From positions 35,696,279 to 35,760,278 of the forward strand of contig JASCQW010000190.1 in assembly GCA_030264375.1 (NCBI GenBank): a stretch of 64,000 bases of DNA, read 5' to 3'. Each line of letters begins with the position of its first letter. The first letter of the stretch is position 1. Shown here one piece after another: positions 63,863 to 64,000 of the stretch. The notes beneath the pieces are model-generated. The model was not told the DNA's origin, did no database searches, and saw only the letters and a program-made list of their open reading frames with translations. Source of the DNA: Carcharhinus longimanus. Lineage: Eukaryota. The translations under genes and the position numbers were made by a program.

Positions 63863-64000
63863 AAACAAAGCTGAATAGCCCTAAGTACCCCAGCACTAAT
63901 TTTAAAATTATTCCCCTTTATTCTGGATTCTTCCTAATCCGAGGAAGTAACTTTTTAATATCAAATTTATTGAATAGTTTTACTATTTCAATCACCTTGA

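Noticed and set aside
1-64000. Most ORFs in the six-frame track as protein-coding genes
   Set aside because: Short, low-complexity or recurrent translations of SINEs (e.g. 'VAQWLALLPHS', 'GPWHCEAAVLT') and LINE fragments; several run through N-gaps

Overview
Eukaryotic, repeat-dense, largely non-coding genomic DNA from a draft assembly with eight N-gaps. The repeat set points to a shark (elasmobranch, probably carcharhiniform; this is inference). It includes about 19 HE1/V-SINE copies, CR1 (HER1-like) and Rex1/Babar LINE fragments, DeuSINE (SacSINE1-like) relics, Penelope, Gypsy and Harbinger-like remnants. No host gene could be identified with confidence: nearly every listed ORF is TE-derived or spurious, and only low-confidence splice-site-bounded exon candidates were seen. 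The outstanding structure is a roughly 1 kb inverted duplication of mostly non-TE sequence (arms about 31572-32862 and 35240-36261, spacer about 2.4 kb). It has a core of about 230 bp at about 97% identity inside much more diverged flanks, and a later SINE insertion in one arm only. Other notable points are one SINE head carrying two alternative LINE-derived tails, a Penelope copy with a 13-bp TSD and a decayed minimal hammerhead ribozyme, a 1.4-kb foldback element, and three solo LTRs. All alignments were done by eye and coordinates of decayed repeats are approximate.
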